Below are positions 63,340 to 64,000 of a stretch of DNA of 64,000 nucleotides, in pieces. Source of the stretch: Tubiluchus corallicola (lineage: Eukaryota > Animalia > Priapulida); assembly GCA_030141605.1 (NCBI GenBank), contig JAQGDQ010000067.1, positions 558,001-622,000 of the forward strand, read 5' to 3'. The translations under genes and the position numbers were made by a program. The notes beneath the pieces are model-generated. The model saw only the letters and a program-made list of their open reading frames with translations, was not told where the DNA came from and did no database searches. Position 1 is the first letter of the stretch, and the number at the start of each line of letters is the position of its first letter.

Positions 63340-64000
63340 GTAAAGTTCATGTATATATTGTAATTACAGTTATTACAGTTATAATTACAATTATATATAT
63401 ACATATATTGTCATTGGAATAAGGTATCATATTTACCTATAGGCTTATATTAGTTTCATATCTACACTTCTAATTCACAGGACAATCGCTTGATCTTAAT
63501 TATAGAAAAGACTCAGCCAATATCCCCGGAGATTCCTAAACACTTCGCGCACGTTATTTCTGGTACCTTGTAACTGTAACTTGAAGTGCATGTTTAATGA
63601 GTAAACACACTGAGCCATTAAAATAAATACCAGAAAGGTATTTCAATTCATGCCTAAGCGAGTCTAACCGTTTCAATATTATACAGACCTATATAATGCA
63701 CATCGTATGGAAACATTTCTGGTAACTCAATGGCATCATTTAGTAATGGATTTTGGGTTAGCTGCTTAAAAATTGTTATTATAAAATAATTTGGCTCTCC
63801 ATCGTGTATTTTTGATAGGCTAGTCGCATTTGTGTTTTTTGATTGACTTACAAAATCCTGGGCTCAATTTCTCTTAAGCACTAAACGTTTCGGTTATTCC
63901 TTAACCAACATCAGTAGTTGTACGTCTGCAAGTATAAAAATATTACTTTCCAAACTGTTCGCTCTAACATAAAAATATATTTTCTTTTGAATTATAAATG

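Overview
AT-rich animal (probably invertebrate) genomic DNA. It is not prokaryotic, and no operons, rRNA or CRISPR arrays were seen. I reconstructed two spliced + strand genes by hand from GT-AG junctions with consistent phases. (1) A complete FGFR1OP/CEP43 (FOP) centrosomal LisH protein: 13 coding exons, 9475-26593, about 520 aa. (2) A secreted M12B/ADAMTS-like zinc metalloprotease: 19 exons from 37393, running off the window end, with an intact HEIGHNFGMVHD motif and a non-canonical repeated [Cys-rich + TSP1] tail. The rest is decayed mobile DNA: several CR1/L2-group LINEs (two keep ORF1, the endonuclease start and the 3' end but lack the RT core), an RLE-type (Hero/NeSL-like) RT fragment, MITEs of several superfamilies, tRNA-derived SINE-like heads and long microsatellites. 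The most unusual structures are an inverted-triplication intron (58038-59345), the RT-less LINEs, an Academ-like foldback element with a nested LINE, and a back-to-back pair of tRNA-like heads. All family assignments come from motif recognition only; no database search was run.
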